From positions 2,418,001 to 2,482,000 of the forward strand of contig MU058213.1 of NCBI GenBank assembly GCA_013265495.1: 64,000 nt of DNA. The letters run 5' to 3'. The stretch is from Vicugna vicugna. Lineage: Eukaryota. The notes beneath the pieces are model-generated. The model was given only the letters and a program-made list of their open reading frames with translations, made no database searches and was not told the DNA's origin. Shown here one piece after another: positions 1 to 11,820 of this stretch (position 1 is its first letter; every line of letters starts with the position of its first letter). The position numbers and the translations under genes are program-made.

Positions 1-979
1 AATTAATCCATAGGTTGCCAGCTGCAGTCAGTGAAATAAAGCATCCATTTAAAGAAATGCAGTAGTACAAATATTTCTTCTGTTTTTTTTTCTTTTCTTA
101 ATTCTGCAAAGTGTCTCCCTTGACAAGTCAGCTGAATAATGGTAAGTACATTCATGTGAGGAAACTGCCCAAGACCAAGATAAAGTCCACCCAAAAGAAT
201 TAGATACCTCAGTGCCCAGTCCTCATTCAGGTCAGGAATAGTGTTTGTTCCCACTGGGCAGGCTAGGAAGCGTCACGATTCCTGGGGTGAGTATATTGGA
301 ATGAACAGTTAAAATATGAATGATCAGTTTTCTAATTGGCAGCCTTTCATATAATTCACTATACTGCATGCCTGTTCTCCTTTTGATAGAAGGCACCATC
401 TCCACTGGCAAGAATAATATATCTATTTTTTAAACAACAGTATTTTCAAGAAGGAAGAAATACAAATTTGAGTTTATTGCACCCTGCTGTGCATATAGTA
501 TAAACATATATATAATTTGCATATTTTTCACAATATTTTTCACTTCACTGACAAAATGTTTATGAGCTGTAAATGAAATGATGCTCTCCAAATTTTTCTA
601 TTTCACTCCTTCTAGAAGATTGAAAGTGAATGCCTGAATTTCCAATAGTAATTATTTTTGTTGACAGTTACCTAAACTACAAAATTCCATTTATATTACT
701 GAGGTTCTGTGTCACTGTTTTGAATCTTCTTGTGCATGTTTTCCTTTTACCATGAAAATGGCAAACTTATCTTCCTTTACAAGGGGTGTTCTTTTGCAGG
801 AGGTGATGAGTTCCTAGTGAATTTATGTGCAGATTTTAAAAAATGCATACATGTCACAGTTTAGCTCACCCGTGCCTCCCACTACCTTGGCAGCCCTGCC
901 CTGTGAACTGGAGTGGAAAAACCTGTCCTGACATTCTGAAAACAGGATGTCTTATTGATGGTTCTGCTTTAGTTTGCAT

Positions 980-1140
980 TTTGGGCAATCTCCTTAAAGT
1001 ATGAGCTGTAGCTTTTCTTGTATGAAAAATTGGGATAATACATACCTCATAGGATTGATGTATTTGTTGAGATAACATATATAGAGCTTTTGTCACTTGT
1101 GAAGCATTGACAGTGGCACTTGCATCATTATTATTAGTGT
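980..1140 (+). mobile_element. MIR SINE relic
   Basis: ttgggcaa...aaaattgggataatacatacctcataggattg resembles the MIR core. Confidence 0.7.
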
Positions 1141-2634
1141 TCAGAACATGATCACATTCTTTGTTCTGAGATTCAGGACTTAGAGCAAACGTAGCAGTGA
1201 TACCTTCAGATCAACAAAGTTCCATTCTGAATAGTGAGGCCAAGAGATGTCTGATGAACAAGGTGCTGTGGGAAGGAAGCACAGCTGAAATAAGAATCAG
1301 AGAGTTGAGACTGGGCAAAATATTGACGGATGGTTTTCTTCAACTCCCTCATTTTACTGATGAGAAAATCAAAGCTTTGGTTATAGTAGAGACAAGACTA
1401 TGAAGCAGCCCCCTATTGTGAAGCCAAAAATAAGATACAAGTAGAAATTAAAAAGTGTATTGTTTCCCACCTTCAAACTCTTCCTTCAGAAAACGTGCAG
1501 TTGACCTGAACCAGGCAGGCAATCACAAAGCTGGTAAGATGAAAATGCAAATGAAGTCATTTTTCATTTTTTTTTGCTTGAAAGCTTAATTGTTCCCCCA
1601 TTAATGACACTTTGATGCCCTCAAGAGATTAACGCTAAGTAATTTCAATTTTAATTTTACCCTCTTACCATAAAAAAAGAAAGTTTGAAATTTTAATCTT
1701 TGCAAGACCGTGGATATTGTGTGATTGTGGAATGCAGCACTCTGGAGAGTGTTTACAGAGAACAGAGCATAACCAATTAAGCCCTTGCAGAAAAACGGGT
1801 TAGGAGGGGCTGTAAATAGTGTAATTGCGTAATTCTTAAAATAATCATGTGAGGATTAAGACAGTATACGTCAAAGTGATTTGAAAATGCTAAAATACTA
1901 CGTAAATCTAAGGTGCTCATTATCTCTGCTTTTTCTTCCTAGTAAGTTACGTATTTGATCATTTCATAATTAATTATGACATTTGATTTTATTTTCCCAT
2001 GCTACAGTTAATGCAGTGTTTTATACTTACCGTAAACCATTCTCTGGAGGAAAAGGAGTAAGTTTCTCCCACTGGGCTTTAGAGAGACAATGGCAGTAGA
2101 GTCTGCCCGGTTGAACAAGATATTTTGTGGTGAGGAGACTTGCATGTGTTCTCTGTGTTGATACTGTGCTTTCCAGAGAACTCTGTAGTCTAGGTGCCTC
2201 ATTGCTAAAATGAAATAAAAACAAAATTTCAAGCCAACTCCCTCCTGAAGGGGCAGTAGGCAGCATGTGTTGGCTGTCTTTTTCTGATTGGTATTAACCA
2301 TTGAAGTAAAGAGTTATTTTAATAACAGACAGTCTAGTCAATCCGTTGCCCATGGGAGGAGTGCATACATGCCCTCGTTTGCTTAAGATGGTGTTGAATA
2401 GGCATCACAGTGGTGTTTAAACATTCTAATCATGTATTGACTCAAAAACCAGCTCCGCTTGCTTAGTGGTGTATCAGTTAAATTCTGCCCACATTTCCTG
2501 AGTGTCCATTACATACAAAGCACTGTACGGGGTCTGTGGAAAGTACTGACTTGAGTGATTTTCCATTATGCCAGAGAGCTATCTGACCTTCATGTTTGTA
2601 AAGCCGAGTTTCAGAACTGTTCTGGTCCCAGTGT

Positions 2635-2790
2635 GCTTTGTGACCTCCAGGAAACCCCCTAATCTCTCTGAGTCTCAGTTTCACAGTGGGCATCGTGCAC
2701 AGAAATTATTCCCCACCTTGGCTCAGTAAGGTTATAGTTACAAGATAGTGTACAGGAAAGCTCTTCTAACATGTAAGCACCAGAAGCTTG
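2635..2790 (+). mobile_element. MIR SINE relic
   Basis: tgtgacct...taatctctctgagtctcagtttc MIR core motif. Confidence 0.65.
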
Positions 2791-3756
2791 TAATGCTGTG
2801 GTTTATAGAGGCGTGATTGTCTTGGCTCTTTGAAGTACATGCCACTCACGTTCAGTTCCCAGCTACCCAGATGGGACTGCCTCCGGCCCAAAGCTCTCCA
2901 CCATGCCACGTGCTGCTCGGCCCAGGGCTGCGTATGAATTAAGCATAAACTAAGCTCCCTAGGAGATAGCATTTAAATACTCCAATTAAATGAAAACGTC
3001 TTTAGAGTTTGGCAGGTTAATATTTTAAAATGACAGCCTGAATATAATCAAGGATTTGATTTATTGCCTGGATGACTAGCACAGGCCACTCCTGAGCCGC
3101 CTGGGAAGGCAGCATTTCCTCGGTTGTCTGAGCGAGCTTGCAGTGATGGGATGGGCACAGGGAAGTCATTTGTCAAGAAGATAGTCGCACAATTGTCTCA
3201 AGCAAGAAGGAGTGTAGTCATGCTTGGCGGGGCTGCAAATTTGTTTACTACTCATTGTTTACACTGTGAATATGCTTGGCAACTGGGGGGATATAATAAC
3301 CAATATTGCCTTCACTTAGTAAACGGGGTTGAGCCATTACCCATCCACACATAGCAGAGCCAACAGAAGAGCCGCCTACTTCAGGTGAGTGATTCACACC
3401 AGAACTTAAGGGTTTTATAATAAGCAGAGGAAGAAGTGTAGAAAGAGATCTGGACTGAATTCAATGAAATATGAATGTAGGGTCACCAAAAAGAATTGAT
3501 TCACAATAAACAAACCATGATATTACAGTTCATGACAGATCCTTGAAGACAGCACTGTGATATTCTATAGGCCCAGATAAAGGGGACCATGTACTTTACT
3601 TAGTTTTAAACTGAGGATCAAGTGGAATTCAAACAAAATCCCTCCTATCTTTTGGGAAGAGTTAGATTACAAACAGCAAACCCTTGAGACAATAGTGATT
3701 ATTCTGTACAGGTCCTTCTGGGTGGGAAGGAAGGATCTACCTTAAAACTGCTCCAT

Positions 3757-4189
3757 TGAAACAGACATCTCTCCAAAGGAGACATCCAGATGGCCAACAA
3801 GCACATAAGAAGATGCTCGTCATCACTAATTGTTAGAGAAATGCAAATCAAAACTACAATGAGATATCGCTCACACCAGCCAAGAACGGCCATCATTGAA
3901 AAGTCCACAAACAATAAATGCTGGAGAAGGTGTGGAGAAAAAAGAACCCTTCTATACTGTTGGTGAGGATGTAAATTGGTGCAGCCATATGGAAAACAGT
4001 ATAGAGATTCCTCAAAAGACTAAAAACAGACTTACCATATGATCCAGCATTCCCACTCCTGGACATGTATCCAGAGGGAACCTTAATTCGAAAAGATACA
4101 TGCACCCCAATGTTCATAACACTATTTACAATAGCCAAGACATGGAAACAGCTAAGTGTCCATCGACAGATGACTGGATAAAGAAATTG
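3757..4189 (+). mobile_element. L1 ORF2 3' fragment (younger, lineage-specific), lacking 3' UTR and poly-A
   Basis: aacagacatctctccaaagga...gaaatgcaaatcaaaactacaatgagata...tgctggagaaggtgtggagaaa...tgactggataaagaaattg is canonical L1 ORF2 C-terminal sequence. Confidence 0.92.
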
Positions 4190-5285
4190 AACTTCTAGAA
4201 ATGAAAATACAGTGTGTTAAATGAAAGGCACATTGAACAGGAATGACAGAAGATTAGACATTGCAGAAGAAAAGATGATCGAACCTGAAGATATGGTAAT
4301 AGAAAGTGAGATAAAACAGAGAAATGTAAAAAATTAACAGAATAATTGAGACAACTTCAAGCAGCCAAAAAGCACCTAATTGGAGGTCCCTAAAGGATAA
4401 TAAAGAAAAATGGATATAACAATATTTGAGGAAATAATGGACTTTTTTTTGCAAATTTAATTAAAGTTATAAACCCACAGGCTCAAGAAGCTCAGTGAAT
4501 CTCAAGCATAAGAAACATGAAAAAAATTACACCATAGTCAGATTGCTCAAAACCAGTAAAGGAAAGAAAATCATGAAAGCTTCTAAAGAAAAAAGATACA
4601 CTATGTACAGAGAAAGATGGCAGCAAACGTTTATGCTGTTTGTTGCCCAATGTTGGCAAGGATTTGAGGAACTAAAGCTCTGTTGCCAGTGAGATTGTAA
4701 AGTGGTACCACCACTTTGGAAAACAGTTGGATTCTTGAAAAGAAAGCATGTGCCCTCTGAGGAGCTGTTCACACATACTCAGAGCTGCTTTCTTTGTAAC
4801 AGCTCAAGTCTGAAAACAACCCAAGTGTTCATCAGTAGGTGAATGGATAGACAAGTTGTGCCATATTCATAGACTGAAATACTGAGTAATGAAAGGGAAT
4901 GAACTCTATTGGTATGCACAACAACTTGGATAGATCTCCAAATAATTATGCTAAGTGAAAGAACTCAGGAAAAAAGAGTACATACAGTGTAATTACATTG
5001 ATACACAATTATAGAAAATGCAAAATGCAAACTAATACTAAACTAGTAATCTAAGACATCACATCACTAGTTGCTTAGGGAATTAGAAAGGGAAAGTATA
5101 GAAGAAAGTGATTGCAAAGAAGTCCAAGAAAGCTTCTGGAGGTGATGGATATGTCTGTTATATCAGTTGTGGTGGTGGTGCTTACATGGGTTGAATATGT
5201 ACACCAAGACCTAAAAAGTTACGCATTTTAAATATGTGCAGTTACTTGTATGTCAGTTATACCTGAAAAAACTTAAATTTAAAAA
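4190..5285 (+). mobile_element. Old L1M relic: ORF1 fragment (~4190-4620) joined to ORF2 end/3' UTR (~4640-5285)
   Basis: aacttctagaaatgaaaa...agattagacattgcagaagaaaagat (ORF1-like); aaacaacccaagtgttcatcagtaggtgaatggatag and ttaaaatatgtgcagtt...tgtcagttatacct (L1MB/MC-type 3' end). Confidence 0.8.
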
Positions 5286-5371
5286 GCTTCTGAAAATTAA
5301 TTTCATCACTTTGTTAACAGAATCAGTACTCCATCAGTTATGCATTTACACTCTAGAAATTCAAGATAAGG

Positions 5372-5828
5372 TTGACAATTCCCAGCTTAAAATGTTTCAG
5401 CTTATTTTTTGACTTTACAGTGGTGCACAAGCAATGTGCATTCAGTAGACACTGTACTTCATATTCTGAATTTTGATTTTTTCCTCAGACTAGCAGCATG
5501 CAGTCTAGTACTTGTGATGCTGGGTGGTGACAGTGAGCGCAGCTCGTAGTCAGCCATACAGTCATGAGGGTGAACAGTCAGTACATTTACAGCCACTCTG
5601 CCTTTCACTTTCAGTGCAGTATAAATAAATTACATAAGATATCCAATACTTTATTATTAACTAGGCTTTGTGTTACATAATCTTGCCCAATTGAGGATTA
5701 ATGTAAATGTCCTGAGGCTAAGCTATGATGTTTGGTAGATTAGGTGTGTTAAATGCATTTTGGTGTATTTTCAACTTACAAGGCATGTTTATCGAGACAC
5801 AACTCCATCAGTAGTCGAGGAAGATCTA
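5372..5828 (-). mobile_element. MER47B/Tigger5-like TcMar DNA transposon
   Basis: ggctaagctatgatgtttggtagattaggtgtgttaaatgcattt and terminal agtcgaggaagatcta match the reverse complement of the MER47 consensus as recalled. Confidence 0.85.
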
Positions 5829-8188
5829 TCTATATAGAATTGCTGCTTCTATGGTGACAGTGATCATGTCAGTACCACCCCTTGTGTTCTGGAAGTTTGG
5901 GGTTTACAGTGTTCTTCTGCTCATCTAATGTCATTTAAATCCTAGAAGAAACCCAACATCACTGGCATTTGTATCCTCACACTTAACAACTGAGAAAAAT
6001 GAGTCTCAGGCTTTCCTGAGTTGAAGTTGAAGGTAGTAAAGCCAAAACCTCAGACTCCGCCTTTTTTCCCCTAAGTGCTTGACTCTCTTACTTGAGGCTT
6101 GTTGAGGGGCTAATTGGTACAAAGTAGTGTAAATTTTTCATCCCGTCCTCATTGATTTCTATATAAAAAGTCATTACTCAAAATTAAAGGAACGTGGCAT
6201 CTTAGGCACATCTACTTTTGTTGACCATTTTACCCATTAGTTAATTGTACAACATTTTAAATCATTTTTGATATAGTCCCTAGTAATTTTCATGTCTTTT
6301 ACATATGGTATATTGTTTTCCAACCTAAGTTTTGAGCTTCTTGAGGGGGAAGGTCTCCTAAATTAATGTTGGGTACAAAGTAAGCCTAAAAATCTACTTA
6401 ATGATTATTTCCAGATGTAAAGTTCTAAAGTTAATTTCTTAGCAATGAACATGTCTTTTATAAACGTTATTTTGTTTATTCGCTCTGTTGTTGCACCCTT
6501 ATTTTTCCCTTCTTACTGTCCTTTCAATGATTTTTCTCCAGACAATTCCAAAGCTGTGTCTGTCCTCTCTGTATGCTACTTGAGCATTGCTCGATTAACT
6601 CAGACATTTACTTTTTATTAGCATCACCAGTAAGTTCCCCAACCTGATGAAAACTTACTAGTGCCTTTAGACTTCACGGTACATTTTTCCTTTCAGTTTT
6701 ATGTCTCTATCTAATAAACTTTGATACTACTTTTGATTAGAGTTAGACTTGAAGGTACAAGAAGGGACAAAGTGTATCGACTTATTTAGAGCACTGAAAT
6801 AAGCAGTAAAATAACCTATTAAAGCTTTCACTGTCACTAAATTTTGTCATCCTTTTATGCTCTGTTGTTAGAGAACTAAGGATAAAATCAAGAAAACACA
6901 GAATGGAAAACTACCACTGACCCCAAGGAGACATTTAGCATGTCTTTTTATCTCAAGATGTCATGTGGGACTCTTTCTGCATCATATTACTTTGTGAAGC
7001 TTTACTATTGCCAAATAGTTAAGTTTGTATGTTGAGAAAATTCCATCAAAAAAGGAGACAGTTTTATTTTTTATATCTCTGCTTATATAAGGGCCATGCT
7101 TAAAATGTTTTAAAGCATGCTTAATTAAATATTTAATTTTAAGCTACTGTTTATTACACCTTGCTTTGTTCCAAGGAGGAATAGAAACAACAAATAGTCC
7201 AGTTTTGCTTTTCAGTTGTGTGTTCAGACACAAACATTGAAGTGAACCAAATGATTCAAACCCAGACTGCTTTGTAATATAGGAGTAAAGTTGAGGAGCG
7301 TATGGTAAATTGGGGGAAAGTTAAGTTGCTGATACTTTTGTGCACTGGCTTCCATCCGAGTCGTCAGAGGCTGGGGACTACTCTAAAATGAGACATGAGT
7401 ACCAGTGGTAGCCCACTGGCAAGCAGGAAGAGTCAGCCTCCTGGAAGAGTTTATATTTATGGAAAACGAATCAGTGCAACATGCAACTGGAGAATAGCTC
7501 TTATGTGCATGCTGTCTGTCTACTCAACTGGCTAACTTTCCTGGCCATCTCTGGCCATCTCTCCTTGACCTTAGACCTCTGACTGTTTCTCCAGGCTTTT
7601 AATGTGCCTCATCTCCTCCCCCCCCCCTTTTTTTGATTTTAATGCTGGCACTCTTTTCAACTGCTTGTTAGAATATTTTCCTTTTTATTTATCTGTCTAT
7701 CTCCTGTCCCTGATGAGGATGGATCCTACCTTTCTAGAAATTCTTTAACATCCAGAAATTTCGACTGCTGCTTACTTTACGGTCTAAACTTCAGGGTAAT
7801 ATATGGGTTTAAAAATCCTCAAATTTCCTTGACTAGACAAAATGAATCCATTGTCTGGTAGGGAAGGAATAGGGAAGTCCCCTGAAGACTGCCTGAATTT
7901 CTTGAAAAGCGTTTCATGATAGTTTCTAGCAGTCCCCTCTAGGATCAATGCCATTATCAAATGAATCCAATTTAGTAAATCTTGAAGATCTTTGCTATTT
8001 GTTACCTCTCTTTATTTGCCCTCTCACACCACCACCACTAATGTCTTCAGTATCTTGATTAATAATCAGACTATATTTTGTGAATGCTCTGGTTTTTTAA
8101 TCTAATAGAATTTCTTATATTTGCCAAGTACAAACTGGATTCCCAATTAGGACACAGACAAGATTCTGTTACATGGAACTAGTCATTG

Positions 8189-8267
8189 CTAGGTCAAACT
8201 ATATGAAATTGCTGATGGTCAACTCTTTTGACCTACAAAAATGGCTATTTCATACAGTTCAACTTGA
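8189..8267. mobile_element. MADE2-like mariner MITE (~80 bp inverted repeat)
   Basis: taggtcaaactatatgaaattgc ... ttttgacctacaaaaatggctatttcatacagttcaactt; the two ends are degenerate reverse complements. Confidence 0.85.
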
Positions 8268-9369
8268 AGTGATATCTTCTGTTACAATGAATTCTATCTG
8301 AAGTATCACTCATACTTTTATAGCATCTGGAGGATAATGTTTTCTTGTACCTTTTTAACGTAAGCTATGTTTATAGTTGATCAAACTATGTTTATAGTTT
8401 ATGTTTTGGAAGTTTGGAAACATTCATATAGATTTTTTTCAAATCTGAAATTTTGGCTAAATGTTCATAATTATGTAGTTTCAACTTTAATTTCCAAGAC
8501 ACTTGAGTTTGTGTTTTAATATTAAAGGGTAGCTACTGCTGGTGGGCATCAATGCCAAAACTTCACAGGTGCTATGAGGTGGTTTTTTATGTTTCTACAG
8601 TGACTTTTTGTTTTGGAATTCCATCTCTTTGTATCTTTAATAATATCCAGCAAAAGAGTCCAGAGAGGTCTAAGGTATAACCAGCATTACTATTTCTGAA
8701 TTCTTAGGCACAGTTGCCCCATTCCAGATAATTGGCTGAAGGTTAGATTTAAGTGGAAAAGTTAATTGGAATATAGGATTTCCTCACGTTTCTTCTCTTC
8801 TTTAGCAATCCCTTGGTGATCAGTGCAGCAGTTTTCTGTAAGCCTGTGTTCTCTTGCTGTGTTGCTGATGTTTGGAATGAGAAGGATGTTAGTTAATAGT
8901 ATTTACCTTTATGATTGTTGCTTCTGACTCAAGTGTGGTGCTCAGATAAAGTCTGGTCAGGCAGCTGACGGAGCTGCAGCTGGCTGCTAACATTCTCAAT
9001 ACTGCCTCTCACTGCCTCAGAGTTTCTTGGGAAAATAGCACCTGTTTTCTTGTTGAAAGTGAGGCAGAGAACCTGAGAGAAAGGAAACTTAAGTGTGTAT
9101 CAAAATGCACGCTGACTGATTCTGTCTCTTGCCAGGGACAAAATCTGACTATTTATATTAACTTTTTTTTCTTTGGCAAGAAATAATTATAAGCTCTTTA
9201 GAGGTCTCTTTGCTATGCAGTGGGGGAGGACATTTTTCATTAGTTTTTTTTTTTTTTCCTTTTCAATTGGACTGGCATGGGATAGAGGAAAATATGCGGA
9301 AATAATGTATATACATGTTTCATTTATACAAGATGTGCTCCCTCAAAGTCAATATGATATGAGAATTCA

Positions 9370-10010
9370 ACTTTCTGATTAGCAAAGATGGAAGAGTGAT
9401 AATGCTCAGTATTAATGGGAGTATAGAGAAGCAGGCACAGGTATAGCACATACTAGCTTCCTGCAGGATGTTTTAATAATATGTATGTGTGTCCTGTATA
9501 CAGATGTATATGTAATTGACATAACTTCCAACCTAAAAAAAAGCACTTCTAATAATTTGTCAGAGTGAAATATTTTTACATGTTCATAAAGATAGACATA
9601 TAAGGTGTTCTGTGTAACTCTGCCATGGTACGTTGGAAACCACCTAAATGCCCGTGGCCTGTCTATAGGGGGTGAATTAAATTAAGACACATCCATGTAA
9701 TGGAAAGTATCATATAATTTTTAAAAAGAATGATGTGCATGTGTATATATCAGGATAAACATGACATACTGAATTTAAAAAAGTTAGAGGGAGGGTGTAG
9801 CTCAAGTGGTAGAGCGCATGCTTAGCATGCAGGAGGTCCTGGGTCGAATCCCTAGTACTCCCTCTAAAAATAAATAAATAAACCTAATTACTCCCCACCA
9901 CACACACACACAATAAAAAGTAGAGATACTAAATGGGATGTAGAGAGTGATCCGACATTTGTAATAATTCCAATTAATACAATTATATGGATAATGTATC
10001 GAACATTTTA
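9370..10010 (+). mobile_element. Old L1M 3' region relic, interrupted by a SINE
   Basis: ttggaaaccacctaaatgccc...catccatgtaatggaa...aaaaagaatga are degraded L1 3' motifs. Confidence 0.6.
9789..9914 (+). mobile_element. tRNA-derived SINE, camelid (Vic-1/VicSINE-like)
   Basis: gggagggtgtagctcaagtggtagagcgcatgcttagcatgcaggaggtcctgggtcgaatccc (A and B boxes), then aaataaataaacctaattactcccc tail; near-TSD AAAAAGT(T)AGAG at about 9779 and 9915. Confidence 0.9.
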
Positions 10011-10872
10011 AATGTAAACACTAACACTAAACTATATCTTTCTGTTAAAATATTCACAATAACATTCAGCAAGTCAAGTAATGCACTGACTACAGGTATA
10101 TAATAATATGAAATGTGCTCACTGCAGTGGAAATTCATAGAGGAGTACTTCATCTTTCTAAAAAACAATAGTTTAAAAGTTTTAAAGCATCCATATACTT
10201 AAACAGACTTGACTGTATAACCTTAATGATAAGATAGCTCATATTTATAAAGTGCTATTATTTTTCATAGCATTTTTATACCCATAGTTTTCTTTCTGAG
10301 TCATGCATTTAGTGATTTAGAAAGTTACCTAGTACAAAAATGTTTATTATTCTCTATCAGTTTCCTTTCCTGAAATAAGAAAGTTGAATGTTACACTCTA
10401 GAAAAATGCTTTTATCATTGAAGTGGTTTATCTATGAAGATGCAAATGTTAAGACCTCTCAGGGAAAAACAAAGAAATTCTAAAAGGAGTAAGAGAGAGA
10501 ACCAAAGAAATATTTCAAGCTAAGTGTACAGTGCTATGTATTTATTTGTGGCATTTTCTATATGAGTTTGTCATATGTGTTGGCCATTTGCCTATTTGCT
10601 GTTTTCATTTATTCCCTGAAGTTTATTTGATGTGCTCTTTACCCCCGAGGAACTGAACTCTGAAGCCTAGGTCTTGATCACTCGGTCTGGCCATGATTAA
10701 GCACTGCAGTAAGATCAAAGGTGGGAGGATAGGAGAAGCCAGAATATTTTTTTCCTCTTCTCTGTACCTTGAGTAGCATCACCAATAATGACTGGATCTC
10801 CTTCATGATTCAAACTCCTGTTTGATGAGGCCTTCCTCTGTGGTCCCAGTTCCCATCTGTCTTTTCCCACTG

Positions 10873-11455
10873 TAAACGTTTGTACACTGTTGGTCAGAAT
10901 GCAAAATGGTGCAACCACTAGGGGAAACAGTATGGAGTTTCTTCAAAAAGTTGAAAGTAGAACTACCTTGTGATCCAGCAATCCCACTTCTGGGTACTTG
11001 TCCAAAAGAATTGAAGTCAGGATCTCAAAGAGATACTAGGACTTCAAGTTCATTGCAGCATTATTCACAATAGCCAAGGTGTGGAAACAACCTAAATGTC
11101 CATTGACAGGTGAATGAATGAAGAAAATATGATATATACATGTAATAGGATATTAGTCAGCCTTATAAAAGAATATTCTGTACTATGTGACAGCATGGAT
11201 GAATCTTGAGGGCGTTATGCTAAGCCATTCACAGAAAGACTACTACTGCATTATTCCACTTACAGGAGATATCTAAAATAGTTATATTTATAGAATCAAA
11301 GACTAGAATGGTAGTTTCCAGGGGCTGGAAAAACAGAGAATAGACAAATAGGCAAAAAGTTTCAATTAAGCAAGAAAAGTTCTAGAGATCTGCTATAGAC
11401 ATAGTACCAATAGTCAACAATACTGCATTGCACTTAAAAATTTGTTAAGGGGTGA
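10873..11455 (+). mobile_element. L1MA/MB-type ORF2 end + 3' UTR
   Basis: tacactgttggtcagaatgcaaaatggtgcaaccact...gatccagcaatcccacttctggg...aagttctagagatctgct. Confidence 0.9.
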
Positions 11456-11820
11456 AAAAGCCTACAACAAATCTACAGTAACTGAAACAATGGAACAGAA
11501 TAGAGAGTCCTGAAGTAAACCTTCACCTAAAAGAGTATTTTTAATAGTTGAATAAATTTTATTTTATCAGTATACATCAATTATTTAATTTTTCTGTGTT
11601 TTGGTAATTAGGATAATTAAAAACTTCCCTATTTTATATATTTGCAGTAACTTGTCCTTTGCTGTTAAAGACAAAATACATTTATAGGTTTGAGTACTAT
11701 AATTAACTACCTTAGTCAGCTGTAATTAAAAACCTACTAAATGCCCAGCATAGTTCTATGTGTTTTTTATATAATCATCTTTAGAAGATGATTATTGATT
11801 TTTAATTATTACTATTTTAT

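Noticed and set aside
3375..3392. Perfect donor CAG|GTGAGT
   Set aside because: No convincing upstream pyrimidine-rich acceptor or Munc13-like reading frame.
9789..9862. tRNA-Ala(AGC)-like gene
   Set aside because: Followed by a SINE-specific tail and TSD, with a second copy at 23942-24108; it is a tRNA-derived SINE, not a tRNA gene.
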